64,000 bases of DNA from an uncultured delta proteobacterium (GTDB lineage: Bacteria; Desulfobacterota; Binatia; Binatales; Binataceae): contig CAVXXK010000001.1 of NCBI GenBank assembly GCA_963765675.1, positions 608,001-672,000 on the forward strand. Direction: 5' to 3'. The stretch's first letter is position 1; every line of letters begins with the position of its first letter. The position numbers and the translations under genes were made by a program. A model generated the notes under the pieces. That model did not search any database. It had not been told where the DNA came from and was given only the letters and a program-made list of their open reading frames with translations. Below, piece by piece: positions 41,611 to 51,503 of this stretch.

Positions 41611-42399
41611 TCAGCATCGCCCCGCGCGGGTCAAGGTAATTGGCGCCGCGCCGGCTTCAGTCTGGACACCCTCTCCCTCCGGGAGAGGGCGACGCGGCGC
41701 GATGCTTGCGATTCTTTTTCGCAAGCATCGTGACCGCGTGGGTGAGGGTGCTGCTCCGCGTCTGGCCTGCTCGGCCGTCACGTCCAACATGACGCTTCGC
41801 GTCAGCCGACGGGCCGTCGGCATCCACTGGCAGAAAGAGAGCACCTTGGCGAGATGATAGAGAATGCAGATGCCGTCGTCGGCCAGAACGTTGTGCGTCA
41901 CGTCGTCGATCAGACGCTCGGCGCTACCCGGATGCTCGCAGTGATAAAGAACATGCGAGGCAAAGACGATTCGAAACCCCCGGGCGCGCGCCGGCGAGTT
42001 GCGCGATCCCAGCAGCTCGAGCCGATGCCCCGCGAAAGAGTCGCCCGCACGCGCCGAAAAATCCGCGAGCTTGACTGTCCCTGCCGCATTCGCCGCCGCG
42101 AGCGTCGCGAGCGCCTCGCCGCTGCGTTCATCTGCATATTCAGCACTATAGTCAGTCGCGCGAACCTTGAAGCCCGACGCGAACTTCACACCGGTAAGAT
42201 ATTTGACCAGCGTATCGCAAGGGCCGCATCCGATATCGGCGATCATGACGGGATCATTTCCCGTCAGCACGACACCCGCGGCTGCGAGATTATTCAGAAA
42301 GGCCGCATTGATCCGCGCAGTCTTTTCCTTTTCGTCGGTCGCCGCCTTGAACGACGGGTAGATCTCTTCGTAGCGGTAACTATCGATCGTAATGCTCAT
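41611..42399 (-). pseudogene. Class I SAM-dependent methyltransferase, probably C-terminally truncated
   Basis: IADIGCGP motif I, ATDYS, FASHVLYH, LADDG; after about 41840 the ORF runs into low-information/REP sequence. Confidence 0.6.
41669..41749. repeat. Expanded CCCTCTCCC/GGGAGAGGG REP with an inserted hairpin
   Basis: CCCTCTCCCTCCGGGAGAGGGCG-[...CGATGCTTGCGA ttcttt TCGCAAGCATCG...]-TGGGTGAGGG. Confidence 0.7.
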
Positions 42400-42458
42400 T
42401 TGGTCATACTCTCACAAAGCAACGGCCACGCACGAATGGCGCTTTGTTATTCGGAGGG

Positions 42459-43166
42459 ATGGTCTTGGTTTCGAAAACGAAAATGCTCTCGTTGGTCAAG
42501 ACGTTCAGTTGGAGCGAAATCGATCGCGCGCTGGCGGAACGCCCCGCCCTTCTTGAGGTTCGTGACGAACGCGGACGGAACTGGCTTCACGTTTGCTGCG
42601 GAGTGAGTGTGAAGGGAAAGAAACTGAAACTCGAAGATAGCGTCAAGACCGCCGCGATCCTCTTGAAGCACGACCTCGGGATCGATGACGCGGCCTTCAC
42701 CGAGGGAAAATGGCAGGCGACTCCGCTTTGGTACGCGATCGGGCGCGGGCAAAACCTGATGCTGGCCGAGTACCTTCTCAAGCGCGGCGCAAATCCCAAC
42801 TACTGCCTGTGGGCGGCCGCGTTCAACAACGACCTCGAAGCGATCAGACTCCTGGTCCGCCATGGCGCCGACGTCAACGACTCGTCGGTCGACGAGTCTC
42901 CGTTTCTCGGCGCAATCAAGTGGAGCCATTTCCGCGCCGCCGAAGAGTTGCTGAAGCTCGGCGCCGACGTCAACTACCAGGACTCCCACAAGATGACGGC
43001 GCTCCACTACATGCTGAAAAAAGGCAGCGACAAGAAACACTTCGCGATGCTGCTCGCGCACGGCGCTCGCGGCGACATCAAGAACAAGGAAGGCCTTACC
43101 GCCGCCGCGCTCATGCGCAAGAAGAAGGATCCGGACTTTCACAAAATGACGGATAAGCTCCGCTGA
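42459..43166 (+). CDS. Ankyrin-repeat protein
   Basis: TPLWYAI...LLKRGANPN, LLVRHGADVN, LLKLGADVNYQD..MTALH; RBS GGAGG. Confidence 0.9.
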   Translation: MVLVSKTKMLSLVKTFSWSEIDRALAERPALLEVRDERGRNWLHVCCGVSVKGKKLKLEDSVKTAAILLKHDLGIDDAAFTEGKWQATPLWYAIGRGQNLMLAEYLLKRGANPNYCLWAAAFNNDLEAIRLLVRHGADVNDSSVDESPFLGAIKWSHFRAAEELLKLGADVNYQDSHKMTALHYMLKKGSDKKHFAMLLAHGARGDIKNKEGLTAAALMRKKKDPDFHKMTDKLR

Positions 43167-43282
43167 GTCATCGACAGATTGTTCAATCCGCCTGAACAGT
43201 CGTCACGCGTGCCACTCGGAGAGCTCGACGGTTACGCCCGACGGTCCCCACAGGAACCCACCTAGCGCGATTTCACGAACCG

Positions 43283-44167
43283 TCACGAACGCGGAGGCAT
43301 CAGATGCTCGGCAAACCAGTCGCGCGCCATCTTTCCACTCTCGCGATAGTTCTTCTCATAGATGTCGTAGTGGGTACCGGGAAAGACGTGATATTTCACA
43401 ATGGTCGTACTGGGTATCGCGTTTTTCGCCGCGAGGCCCGAACTTTCGCGCCCGCCGTACTCCTCGTCCTCCTGATCAATAATCAGCGTCGGCACCCTGA
43501 TGCGAGTCGCCGCCACGCGAGGACGATAACGCCACATCGTCGTGAAGTCCCCGATGCCCTTTAACGAGTCGGGTTGTTCCTTTGGACGCGGGATCATCGT
43601 GATCTCGCCGTGCGCCATGGCGCTCGCGAGCTTCTGCACTTGCTCCATCGGCGCCACAAATCCCTGCGCGTCCGGAGCCGGACCCATTCCCGGCACCTGG
43701 CTCACTACCGCTTTGATTCGCGGATCTGTTCCCGCCATGTAAATCGCGTGGCCGCCGCCAAAGCTCGACCCCCAGATTCCTATCCGGTCCGGATCGACCA
43801 TCGGTTCACCGATTAGGTAATCGAGAGCGTTGTGGATATCGCGATTCTGATCGAGCGGATCGACTACCTCTCTGACCTGCCTCGCCCGAACGGTTATAAA
43901 ACCTTCCGCGTCGGCAGCCGGTTGCTTCTCAGTAGTGATCAACCGGGCGTCGCTTTCAAACCATCCGCGATAGTCAAATGTCAGGCAAACGAAACCGCCT
44001 TTGCAAAAATATGGCGCGTAGGTCGAGCTGAGATGAGATTTCGGCCCGCCCCATCCGTGGCAGAGAAGTATCCCTGGCCTTTTTTCGCCGTCGCGAAGAT
44101 CGTCCGGCACGAACAGATCGGCCGCAAGCCGTGTTCCTTCGCTCCAGATAGTAACTTCTTTTTTCAT
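43283..44167 (-). CDS. Alpha/beta hydrolase (S9/S15-like)
   Basis: CHGWGG, FDYRGWFES, nucleophile elbow IGIWGSSFGG, THYDIY. Confidence 0.88.
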   Translation of the reverse strand: MKKEVTIWSEGTRLAADLFVPDDLRDGEKRPGILLCHGWGGPKSHLSSTYAPYFCKGGFVCLTFDYRGWFESDARLITTEKQPAADAEGFITVRARQVREVVDPLDQNRDIHNALDYLIGEPMVDPDRIGIWGSSFGGGHAIYMAGTDPRIKAVVSQVPGMGPAPDAQGFVAPMEQVQKLASAMAHGEITMIPRPKEQPDSLKGIGDFTTMWRYRPRVAATRIRVPTLIIDQEDEEYGGRESSGLAAKNAIPSTTIVKYHVFPGTHYDIYEKNYRESGKMARDWFAEHLMPPRS

Positions 44168-44216
44168 GACGCGTTCCTCTTGCAATACGGATAGTCACTC
44201 AGGCGCGTATGGTGCA

Positions 44217-44420
44217 TCAAACGTCCTTCATGATCCCATCAAAACGGTTCTTTATGTATTGCGCAGTTTCCTTGTGAGGAATGATATAAAGCTTTTCCTG
44301 GCGAATTCCTTCCTCGAATACACTGTCAGCAATCGCCGCCGGAGAAGTAGCCTGTTGGATAAACTTCTGCATCCGCTCCCACGCCTTCATCATCTCCGGA
44401 GTGGGGTCCCGCATAGTCAT
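44217..44420 (-). pseudogene. C-terminal remnant of a short-chain dehydrogenase
   Basis: SPAAIADSVFEEGIRQEKLYIIPH...IKNRFDGI resembles SDR C-termini; no Rossmann N-terminus; abuts the RAYT stop. Confidence 0.5.
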
Positions 44421-44432
44421 CTATTGTCTTGC

Positions 44433-44460
44433 CCCGGGAACGCCAATCTCCTGATTGGCG
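44433..44460. repeat. RAYT-cognate REP (single)
   Basis: CCCGGGAA-CGCCAATC-tcct-GATTGGCG. Confidence 0.9.
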
Positions 44461-45029
44461 TAATACGCGCTACTCCATCGCCAACTTTCCGCCGTGTCTG
44501 CGATTCCCGCCTTCACTGGATTCAGATGGATATATTCAATCACTTGTTCAAGATGTCTCTGGTTACGGATATACCGATCCCAATACTCCCGATGCCAGAT
44601 CGGAGCGCCCGACGCGCCTCCGCTATCGCGCAATCGGTCGTAAATCCTGCGGGCGGTGAACTTCTTCCAGGCGGCCACGATCTTCGCGACGGTCCATCCT
44701 CCTATCGGCTGAAAGAGGGTATGCACATGATTCGGCATCACCACCCACGCCAGCATCCGGTAACGCTGCGAATCGAACGCCAGCAGCGAGCCTTGCACCA
44801 TCGCGGCGATACTCGCCTCGCGCAGAAGGCAGGAGCCGCGGCCAGCGTCGATCCACTCGTCGAGCCGTTTGCGGCGTTCGGCCTCCCGCTTGCCTGCCGG
44901 CAGCGTTTTCAGCTCGCCGTCCAGGCGGAGCAGCACCGCTTGTGGCAAGCTATCCGCCAGATGAAAGGTAACATGCTGCGTAACCTCGTCGCCTTCAAAG
45001 TGCGGCAGATATCCCCGGCTATGCCACAC

Positions 45030-45095
45030 CCCGGGAACGCCAATCTCCTGATTGGCGCGCGCAAAGACGCCAATCGGGAGATTGGCGTTCCCGGG
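45030..45095. repeat. RAYT-cognate REPIN (inverted REP pair)
   Basis: CCCGGGAACGCCAATCTCCTGATTGGCG-cgcgcaaaga-CGCCAATCGGGAGATTGGCGTTCCCGGG. Confidence 0.9.
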
Positions 45096-45102
45096 TTTAT
45101 TT

Positions 45103-45210
45103 CTACAGTTGACCATTAAAGCGCTGGTGCAGCAGCGATTTTTTCAAATCCTCAAGCGCGGCGAGGTTGCGCTCGTAAACCTCGATAGTATCAACAGTCT
45201 GAGTGACCTT
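45103..45210 (-). pseudogene. hsdS: C-terminal remnant of a type I restriction-modification specificity subunit
   Basis: TIEVYERNLAALEDLKKSLLHQRFNGQL* resembles the conserved HsdS terminal helix (..LxxLKKSLLxxAFxGEL). Confidence 0.65.
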
Positions 45211-45279
45211 GCAGCAGCGCGCTATCGGGCCTATATGGGAATTCCCGGATACCACGATGAACCAAACGGAGGGTTCCGC

Positions 45280-45893
45280 ATGAAAACCGCAGAGCACCAT
45301 CGCGAGCGATCGCGCCAAGCAAATTCGCGCACGTCGTTTACAAAACCCACAAGTTCGCGGAGATGATCGACTGGTATATCAAGGTCTTCGACGCGAAAGT
45401 GCAGCATCGCGACGACCGCCTCGCGTTTCTGACCTACGACTCCGAGCATCATCGCTTCGCGTTTATCAATCTCGGCGAGACTGCCAGCGAGAGAACGCGG
45501 CGTGACGACGACGCGGGAGTGCATCACGTCGCCTACACCTGGAAAAATCTCGGCGAGCTGCTCGAAACCTACCGGCGCCTGAAGAGCCACGGAATCGTGC
45601 CTGCGCAACCGATTCGCCACGGGCTGACACTCTCGCTCTACTACGCGGATCCCGACAAGAACATGATGGAGTTTCAAATCGATCTGATGGAGCCGAAGGC
45701 CGCCAATGATTTCATGGCCGGCCCCGCGTTCGCGGCCAATCCGATCGGAGAACGTTTCGATCCCGACGCGCTGCTCGCCCGCTTCGACGCGGGTCAGCCG
45801 GTGGACGACCTGATCTTCCGATCCGATCAGGCCGAGAGCGCCGGGACTGCGTACGCTCGAAATGGCGCGGCCGAGAAACGAACCCACGGATAA
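45280..45893 (+). CDS. VOC/glyoxalase family protein; 5' end frameshifted near 45293
   Basis: FAHVVYKT...FLTYDSEHHRFA...GVHHVAYT...HGLTLSLYYADPDKNMMEFQ; RBS and ATG at 45280 are out of frame with the body by one base. Confidence 0.8.
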
Positions 45894-45914
45894 AACGAAC
45901 CCACGAATCAAAAA

Positions 45915-45930
45915 TGTTTCACGTGAAACG
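45915..45930. promoter_or_regulatory. parS centromere-like site
   Basis: TGTTTCACGTGAAACG, 15/16 match to consensus TGTTTCACGTGAAACA, intergenic. Confidence 0.8.
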
Positions 45931-46027
45931 TGAGACCGCAAAAAATACTTAGTCGTTATATACATATTATTTCTCCGCCACGCGGAGTGAGATATCTCAC
46001 TGACGCGCCGTGTAGGAGAATGCTCGC

Positions 46028-46648
46028 GTGAGCGCGAAAATCGCACGGCTCTCCGACTCGCAAATCTCCGCCGCGGCGGCGACCCTCGCGCGCGCGTTCC
46101 ACGACGATCCGCTCATGGGCTACACGATTCCTGACCCAGCCGAACGCAAGCGGCTGCTGCCGGGCGTGTATGCTCCGATGATCCGCTTCGGATTTCTCGC
46201 GGGCGAAGTTTATGCGACCGCAGACGCGGACACGCTGGAGGGAGTAGCGCTCTGGCTCCCGCCGAACGCGAAATGGACGCGCGAGAATATCGAAGCGTCG
46301 GGGATGCATCTGCTTGCGAACCTGATCGGCAACGACGCGTATCAGCGCTATCGCGAAGTGGTGGGACGCGAGTGGCAGGCCCGCGAGCGCGACATGACCG
46401 CGGCTTGCTGGTACCTGCTCCTGCTCGGCGTCCAGCCTGGCTGCCAGCGGCGCGGACTCGGTGGCGCGTTGATGCGCCCGATCCTCGAGCGCGCCGACGC
46501 GGAGCAGCTCCCGTGCTATCTCGAGACCGAGAACCAGCGCAACGTCGCGTTCTATATGAAACAGGGCTTCGATATGATCGTGAACGGCGAAGAAGCCGGC
46601 ACAAGCGGCGTCCGCTTCTGGACCTTCCGCCGTACGCGAAGTCGCTGA
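46028..46648 (+). CDS. GNAT family N-acetyltransferase
   Basis: LARAFHDDP, WYLLLLGVQPGCQRRGLGGALM, CYLETENQRNVAFYMKQGF. Confidence 0.9.
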   Translation: MSAKIARLSDSQISAAAATLARAFHDDPLMGYTIPDPAERKRLLPGVYAPMIRFGFLAGEVYATADADTLEGVALWLPPNAKWTRENIEASGMHLLANLIGNDAYQRYREVVGREWQARERDMTAACWYLLLLGVQPGCQRRGLGGALMRPILERADAEQLPCYLETENQRNVAFYMKQGFDMIVNGEEAGTSGVRFWTFRRTRSR

Positions 46649-46677
46649 ACGGAAATTGAGGAACCGCGAGCAGGACC

Positions 46678-47724
46678 ATGGCAAATGAAAACGGACTCGG
46701 CGTAGTCGAGGCAAAGAATTTCTCGGTCAGGAACTTTCGCCTCGAAAGCGGCGAGGTCCTGCCCGAGCTCAGGCTCGCGTACGAGGCCTATGGAGCTCGC
46801 GCGCCCGATGGGCGCAACGCAATTCTCGCCACTCATGGCTACACCTCGAGCCAGCACGCGGCCGGACTCGACGCCAATGGCGAGGCAGGATGGTGGGACG
46901 GACTGATCGGACCCGGCAAAGCGATCGACACCCGCAAATATTTCGTCGTGTCATCGAACATGCTCGGATCGTCGTACGGTTCGACCGCGCCCGCGAGCAT
47001 CAATCCGAAAACCAGCAAACTGTACGGTCCGGATTTTCCGGAATACACTCTGGTCGATATTGTTACCGCGCAGCGCGCGATGCTCGACGCGCTCGGCGTA
47101 AAGCATCTGGTTGCGGTCGCGGGTCCGTCGTTCGGCGGCTACCAGGCTTTTCAATGGGGCGTCACCTTTCCCGACGCGATGAGCGGTATCGTTCCGGTAG
47201 TCACAGAACCGAAAGCGATCCGGGGCGACCGGATGGTGGCCGATCTGCGGACGCGGTTCGCCGGAGCTCCCGGATGGAACGGCGGGCATCATTACGGCAA
47301 CCCCGCGATGCTCGGCTTCATGACGGAGCTGCGCATCGCGACGCTCAAGCGCTACGGTATCGAGGCTGACCTCGCAGAGAGGTTTCCCGATCCGGTGAAA
47401 CGCGAGGCGGCGATCCCCGAGCTCGCGGAAAAGTGGGCTAAGGTCTTCGACGCTAATTCGCTGATCGCGCTGGCGCAGGCGCGCTCGCATTACAACGCCG
47501 AGAAGGACTTCGCCAAGCTGCGCGCGAAAGTGCTTTACGTGCTGTCGCGCACCGACAAGCTGTTTCCTCCGAGCATCGCGCCCGACGTGATGGCGAAACT
47601 GACGGCGGCTGGAGTTGACGCGACTTACTTCGAGATCGATAGCGACAAGGGCCATCTCGCGAGCGGTGCCGACTGGCAGAAATGGGATCGCGTGCTGCGC
47701 GATTTTCTGAAGCGCCTGGAATGA
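46678..47724 (+). CDS. Homoserine O-acetyltransferase (MetX)-like alpha/beta hydrolase
   Basis: LAYEAYG, GWWDGLIGPGKAIDT, NMLGS, GPSFGG, DKLFPP, GHLA. Confidence 0.85.
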   Translation: MANENGLGVVEAKNFSVRNFRLESGEVLPELRLAYEAYGARAPDGRNAILATHGYTSSQHAAGLDANGEAGWWDGLIGPGKAIDTRKYFVVSSNMLGSSYGSTAPASINPKTSKLYGPDFPEYTLVDIVTAQRAMLDALGVKHLVAVAGPSFGGYQAFQWGVTFPDAMSGIVPVVTEPKAIRGDRMVADLRTRFAGAPGWNGGHHYGNPAMLGFMTELRIATLKRYGIEADLAERFPDPVKREAAIPELAEKWAKVFDANSLIALAQARSHYNAEKDFAKLRAKVLYVLSRTDKLFPPSIAPDVMAKLTAAGVDATYFEIDSDKGHLASGADWQKWDRVLRDFLKRLE

Positions 47725-47772
47725 AGCGAATTTCAACGCGCGAATAGCTCAAAGGCCGTTCGGAGGATCTTT

Positions 47773-48990
47773 GTGCAGGAACAAAACCGCGTCGCCTGTG
47801 ACCTCCTGATCAAAAACGCGCGAGTCTTTGACGGCTCGTCCGTGCGAGAAGGACTCTGCTGCGTCGGAATCACCGGCAAAAAGATAACCTTCGTCGGCGA
47901 TGCGCCGGTCGCGGCTGCGCGGGAGATCGACGCGGGCGGACGATTTCTCATGCCCGGTCTCATCGACTGCCACATTCATCTTCTCAATATGTGGACGGCG
48001 AAAGATGAGGCGACGATGGCGGCGGATATCGAGCGCGAACTGCCGAAACGTCTGGGCGATTTCCTCGCGGCGGGTGTGACGACGGTTAAATCGGTCGGCG
48101 ACTCTGAGGACGACATCCTGCGCGTGCGCGAGATGCTCGCGACCGGCAGCCTCGTCGGACCGCGCCTGTTCGCGACCGGCGCCGCGTTCGCCGCTCCGGG
48201 GAGTCATCCCGCAACCACCATCTATGCGCAAAATCCCTGGGTCAGGAAGCGCGCGACCGTCGAGGCCGACTCGCCCGAGCTAGTGCGCGAAGCGGTCCGC
48301 CGCATGGCGGAGAAGAAGATCGACGCGGTCAAGATTGTTCATCAGGGCGGATGCAGGCATGGAGAGCCGTATTTCTTCAAAGCCGAAGCGCTGGGACTGA
48401 ATGTCCAGATCCTCAGAATCGAGCGCGAAGTTCTGGGCGCGATAATAGACGAGGCGCACAAGCATAACCTCAAGACCACCGTGCATACTGTTGACCAGGA
48501 GGCCGCGATCGAGGCTCTCGAAGCCGGCGCCGACGGACTCGAGCACGGAATCATGGAACACAAACTCAGTGACGACCGCGTGATCGAGTTGCTCCTCCGA
48601 AATCGCGCGTCCTACGTTCCCACGCTTTGGCTGCTCGGGTTCGAAGAGGAAGCCGCCGAAGCGAGATACGCCAACCTGAAGCGGATCGCCGGCGCAGGCG
48701 TGCGAGTAGCACTCGGCACCGACAGCTTTTGCGGATTCGGCAAGTTCGGAGAGAACACGCTAGTCGAAACCGAGCGTTCGGCAGCGGCGGGAATCGAGCC
48801 GCTGGCAATTCTGAAGATGGCGACCCAAAACGCCGCCGAGCATCTTGGAACCGATGCCCTTGGAACGATCGCACCAGGAAAACTCGCAGACCTGATCCTG
48901 CTCGACGGAGATCCGTCCACGGACATCACCGCGCTGCGCAATCTTCGGATGGTGATCAAAGAGGGCGCAATTCTTTCCGACAGGATCTGA
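47773..48990 (+). CDS. Amidohydrolase family protein
   Basis: LMPGLIDCHIH, GVTTV, LEHG, LGTD, GTIAPGKLADLILLDGDP. Confidence 0.9.
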   Translation: MQEQNRVACDLLIKNARVFDGSSVREGLCCVGITGKKITFVGDAPVAAAREIDAGGRFLMPGLIDCHIHLLNMWTAKDEATMAADIERELPKRLGDFLAAGVTTVKSVGDSEDDILRVREMLATGSLVGPRLFATGAAFAAPGSHPATTIYAQNPWVRKRATVEADSPELVREAVRRMAEKKIDAVKIVHQGGCRHGEPYFFKAEALGLNVQILRIEREVLGAIIDEAHKHNLKTTVHTVDQEAAIEALEAGADGLEHGIMEHKLSDDRVIELLLRNRASYVPTLWLLGFEEEAAEARYANLKRIAGAGVRVALGTDSFCGFGKFGENTLVETERSAAAGIEPLAILKMATQNAAEHLGTDALGTIAPGKLADLILLDGDPSTDITALRNLRMVIKEGAILSDRI

Positions 48991-48995
48991 TTCGC

Positions 48996-51503
48996 CTAGG
49001 GACGCGGCACTAGCTTGGCGCGCCAGAGGAGGCCTTTGGTCTCGCGCTTGCGCATCGCGTCGAAGAGATTGACGCCGGCGGGGAGCGTCTCGAAACCGAC
49101 GATCCAGAGCTCATCCTGATTTGCGCCCGCTAATGCGCACGCGACCGGTTGGCCGCCGGGGGTGACGACGCGCGCCGTCAGGCGGCCCGCAGAATCGTAA
49201 CGCAGGACGCCTTCGTCGCCGATCGGACAGCACGCCCAGACGCCGCCGACGCGATCGCCGGTCATGCCGTCGCCCGTGAGTTGTGCGAACGGCCGAGGCT
49301 CACTGAGATCTCCGTCGAGCGAGATTCGGCATTGCACGATCCGCCCCGTCATCGTCTCGGCGAGGTAGAGCATCTGGCCGTCGGGCGAAATGACCAGGCC
49401 GTTGGGGAACAGCAGATTTTCGAGCACGACTTTCATGCGGCCCGGACCGTCAACGCGAATCAATCTTCCTTTCTTCTGCGCGGGCGTCTCGCCGTGGAAG
49501 ACGCGCGGTCCGATGTCGTCGACATAGAGCCGGCCGCGAGCGTCAACGACGACATCGCCCAGGTAGCCCGTAACGATCGAACTGAGGTCGGCATATTCCT
49601 CGAGCGTCTGCCCATTGGTCACGTAGAGCTTCGCGTCGAACATCGAGGTGATGATGAGCCGGCCATCTGGCAGGACGCCCAACCCATTGGGCTGCTGCGG
49701 TATTTCGAACAGCGTCTTTAAGCTTGAGGTCTTCGCATCGAACTCCAGGACCTTGCGCCCGATCATGTCGGAGAAGACGAGGCGATCGCCGACTGCTCGG
49801 ATCCCCTCGCCGAAGAGGAAGCCGCCGGCCACGCGCTCGGCGATAGCCACCTCAACCTTTCGCTCCGGCATCAGCACGCCGGTGACGCGATCGAGAATCG
49901 CGTCCGGATTCGAGGGCTCTTCTTTCGAGCGCCATGCGACGTGTTGATCGGGACGCACCAGCACCAGGCCGCACCCCTGATATTTCTTGACCGCGGCGGC
50001 TTCAGGAACATCGAGCACGGTCATCGGGATGCGGCGCGACTGCGCCGCCGCGACGAGCGCGCGGCCGCTCGGCGGATGCGCTCCGACGCGCAACAGAGTG
50101 AACGCCGGGCCGAGCTGATCGAAGATCGATTGGCCGTCCGCGCGCCAGATATGCGGCAGGCGAACGCCGGGCCATGAAGTCTCGACATACTTCTCGACCG
50201 AGAACGGCGGCGGCTCGGTTCCGTCCTGATCGATAACCGGCGAGTTGGCGTAGTAGTAGCCGAGCTGGAAACCGGGGCAATCGAATTCATTCACCGTCAG
50301 GTCCCAAATCCTCTGGCCGAATTCCTTTCGCGCCGACTCGCTCGCTTCGAGCTCCGCAAGACGGTCGGCGCTCTCTCTGCTTACCGACGCAAGAGCGTGC
50401 ATCCATTTGACGGCCTGCGAGGCGACTTTCTCGCCAATTGGAGCGCGCTCGATCTCGTAGCTGTCGAGAATCTTCGGGTCGAGCCATCCCTGCGCGACGC
50501 CGGCGATACGCCAGCCGACCGCGATCGCGTCGGCGACGCCGGCGTTCATGCCGAAACCTCCCAACGGAATCCAGATATGCGCAGCGTCGCCAGCCAGGAA
50601 GATTCGGCGCTCGCGAAACTTGTTCGCGACCATCGCGCGGGGAATCCAGCGTGCCTGGCCGACGATTTCGTATTTGAATGGCTGGCCAACCATCCGGAAC
50701 ATCGCCGGCTCGGGATCGAACGTCGCCAAATCCTCACCTTGCGGAACATTGGTATGCAAGAGCCACAAATCTTCGCCGTCGATCGCGATCAGCACGCCGC
50801 CGCCGGCCGCGCGATACATCCATCCCGGCATCCTGGCGCACAACTTCTTGATGTCCGGTGAGCGCAGGAAGGTCGAGCAGTTGCGGCCGAGCTCCGGGAT
50901 TCCTTCCAGGCGCGCGCCGATATCGCGGCGCACGATGCTGTTGGAGCCGTCGGCACCGACCAGGTAGTGCGCGCGAAACGTGGTCTCCTCGCCGGTTTCG
51001 ACCTCGCGTGCTGTGACAGTGACGCCGGTTTCGTCCTGCATCATCGAGATGTATTCCCATCCCTCGCGCAGATCGACGCCGTGCGCCTCGACCGCGTGCT
51101 TGCGCAAGACCGGCTCGAGGTAGAGCTGCGAGATAAAATGCTGCGGCTCGGGAGTCGGCCAGTCCGAAGCAATACCTTTGGCGGTTCCTCTTTTGTAATC
51201 GGCCGAAGTCGCGCGACGGTAGCGCGTCAGTTCATGGCCGGCGAGGCTGGTCATATAGATGACGTCGGTATTGTAGTCGGGCGGCAGTCCGGCGGCGCGC
51301 ACGGCGTCGGCGCATCCCAGCCGCCGGAAGATTTCCATCGAGCGCGCATTGGTGGTGTTGCAGCGCGGGTTCGGGGGGATCTGCCGGCGACGCTCCAGCA
51401 CGATGCTTTTAATCCCGCGCAGCGCAAGGTCCATGCTGAGCGTGACGCCCACCGGCCCACCGCCCGCGATGAGCACAGGGATTTCTGTGACGCTACCGCT
51501 CAT
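48996..51503 (-). CDS. FAD-dependent monooxygenase (PheA/TfdB-like) fused to an SMP-30/gluconolactonase domain
   Basis: GGGPVG, VGADGSNS, FLAGDAAH, GMNAG, LVRPDQHVAW; then FGEGIR, PNGLG, FPNGLVISPDG, GDGM propeller. Confidence 0.88.
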   Translation of the reverse strand: MSGSVTEIPVLIAGGGPVGVTLSMDLALRGIKSIVLERRRQIPPNPRCNTTNARSMEIFRRLGCADAVRAAGLPPDYNTDVIYMTSLAGHELTRYRRATSADYKRGTAKGIASDWPTPEPQHFISQLYLEPVLRKHAVEAHGVDLREGWEYISMMQDETGVTVTAREVETGEETTFRAHYLVGADGSNSIVRRDIGARLEGIPELGRNCSTFLRSPDIKKLCARMPGWMYRAAGGGVLIAIDGEDLWLLHTNVPQGEDLATFDPEPAMFRMVGQPFKYEIVGQARWIPRAMVANKFRERRIFLAGDAAHIWIPLGGFGMNAGVADAIAVGWRIAGVAQGWLDPKILDSYEIERAPIGEKVASQAVKWMHALASVSRESADRLAELEASESARKEFGQRIWDLTVNEFDCPGFQLGYYYANSPVIDQDGTEPPPFSVEKYVETSWPGVRLPHIWRADGQSIFDQLGPAFTLLRVGAHPPSGRALVAAAQSRRIPMTVLDVPEAAAVKKYQGCGLVLVRPDQHVAWRSKEEPSNPDAILDRVTGVLMPERKVEVAIAERVAGGFLFGEGIRAVGDRLVFSDMIGRKVLEFDAKTSSLKTLFEIPQQPNGLGVLPDGRLIITSMFDAKLYVTNGQTLEEYADLSSIVTGYLGDVVVDARGRLYVDDIGPRVFHGETPAQKKGRLIRVDGPGRMKVVLENLLFPNGLVISPDGQMLYLAETMTGRIVQCRISLDGDLSEPRPFAQLTGDGMTGDRVGGVWACCPIGDEGVLRYDSAGRLTARVVTPGGQPVACALAGANQDELWIVGFETLPAGVNLFDAMRKRETKGLLWRAKLVPRP

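Larger units (their letters stand above)
44421..45116 (-). mobile_element. REP-associated tyrosine transposase (RAYT, Y1 HUH)
   Basis: RGYLPHF, HVTFHLADSLP, WVVMPNHVH (HUH), WHREYWDRYIR, YIHLNPVKAG, WRWSS; flanked by REPs. Confidence 0.92.
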
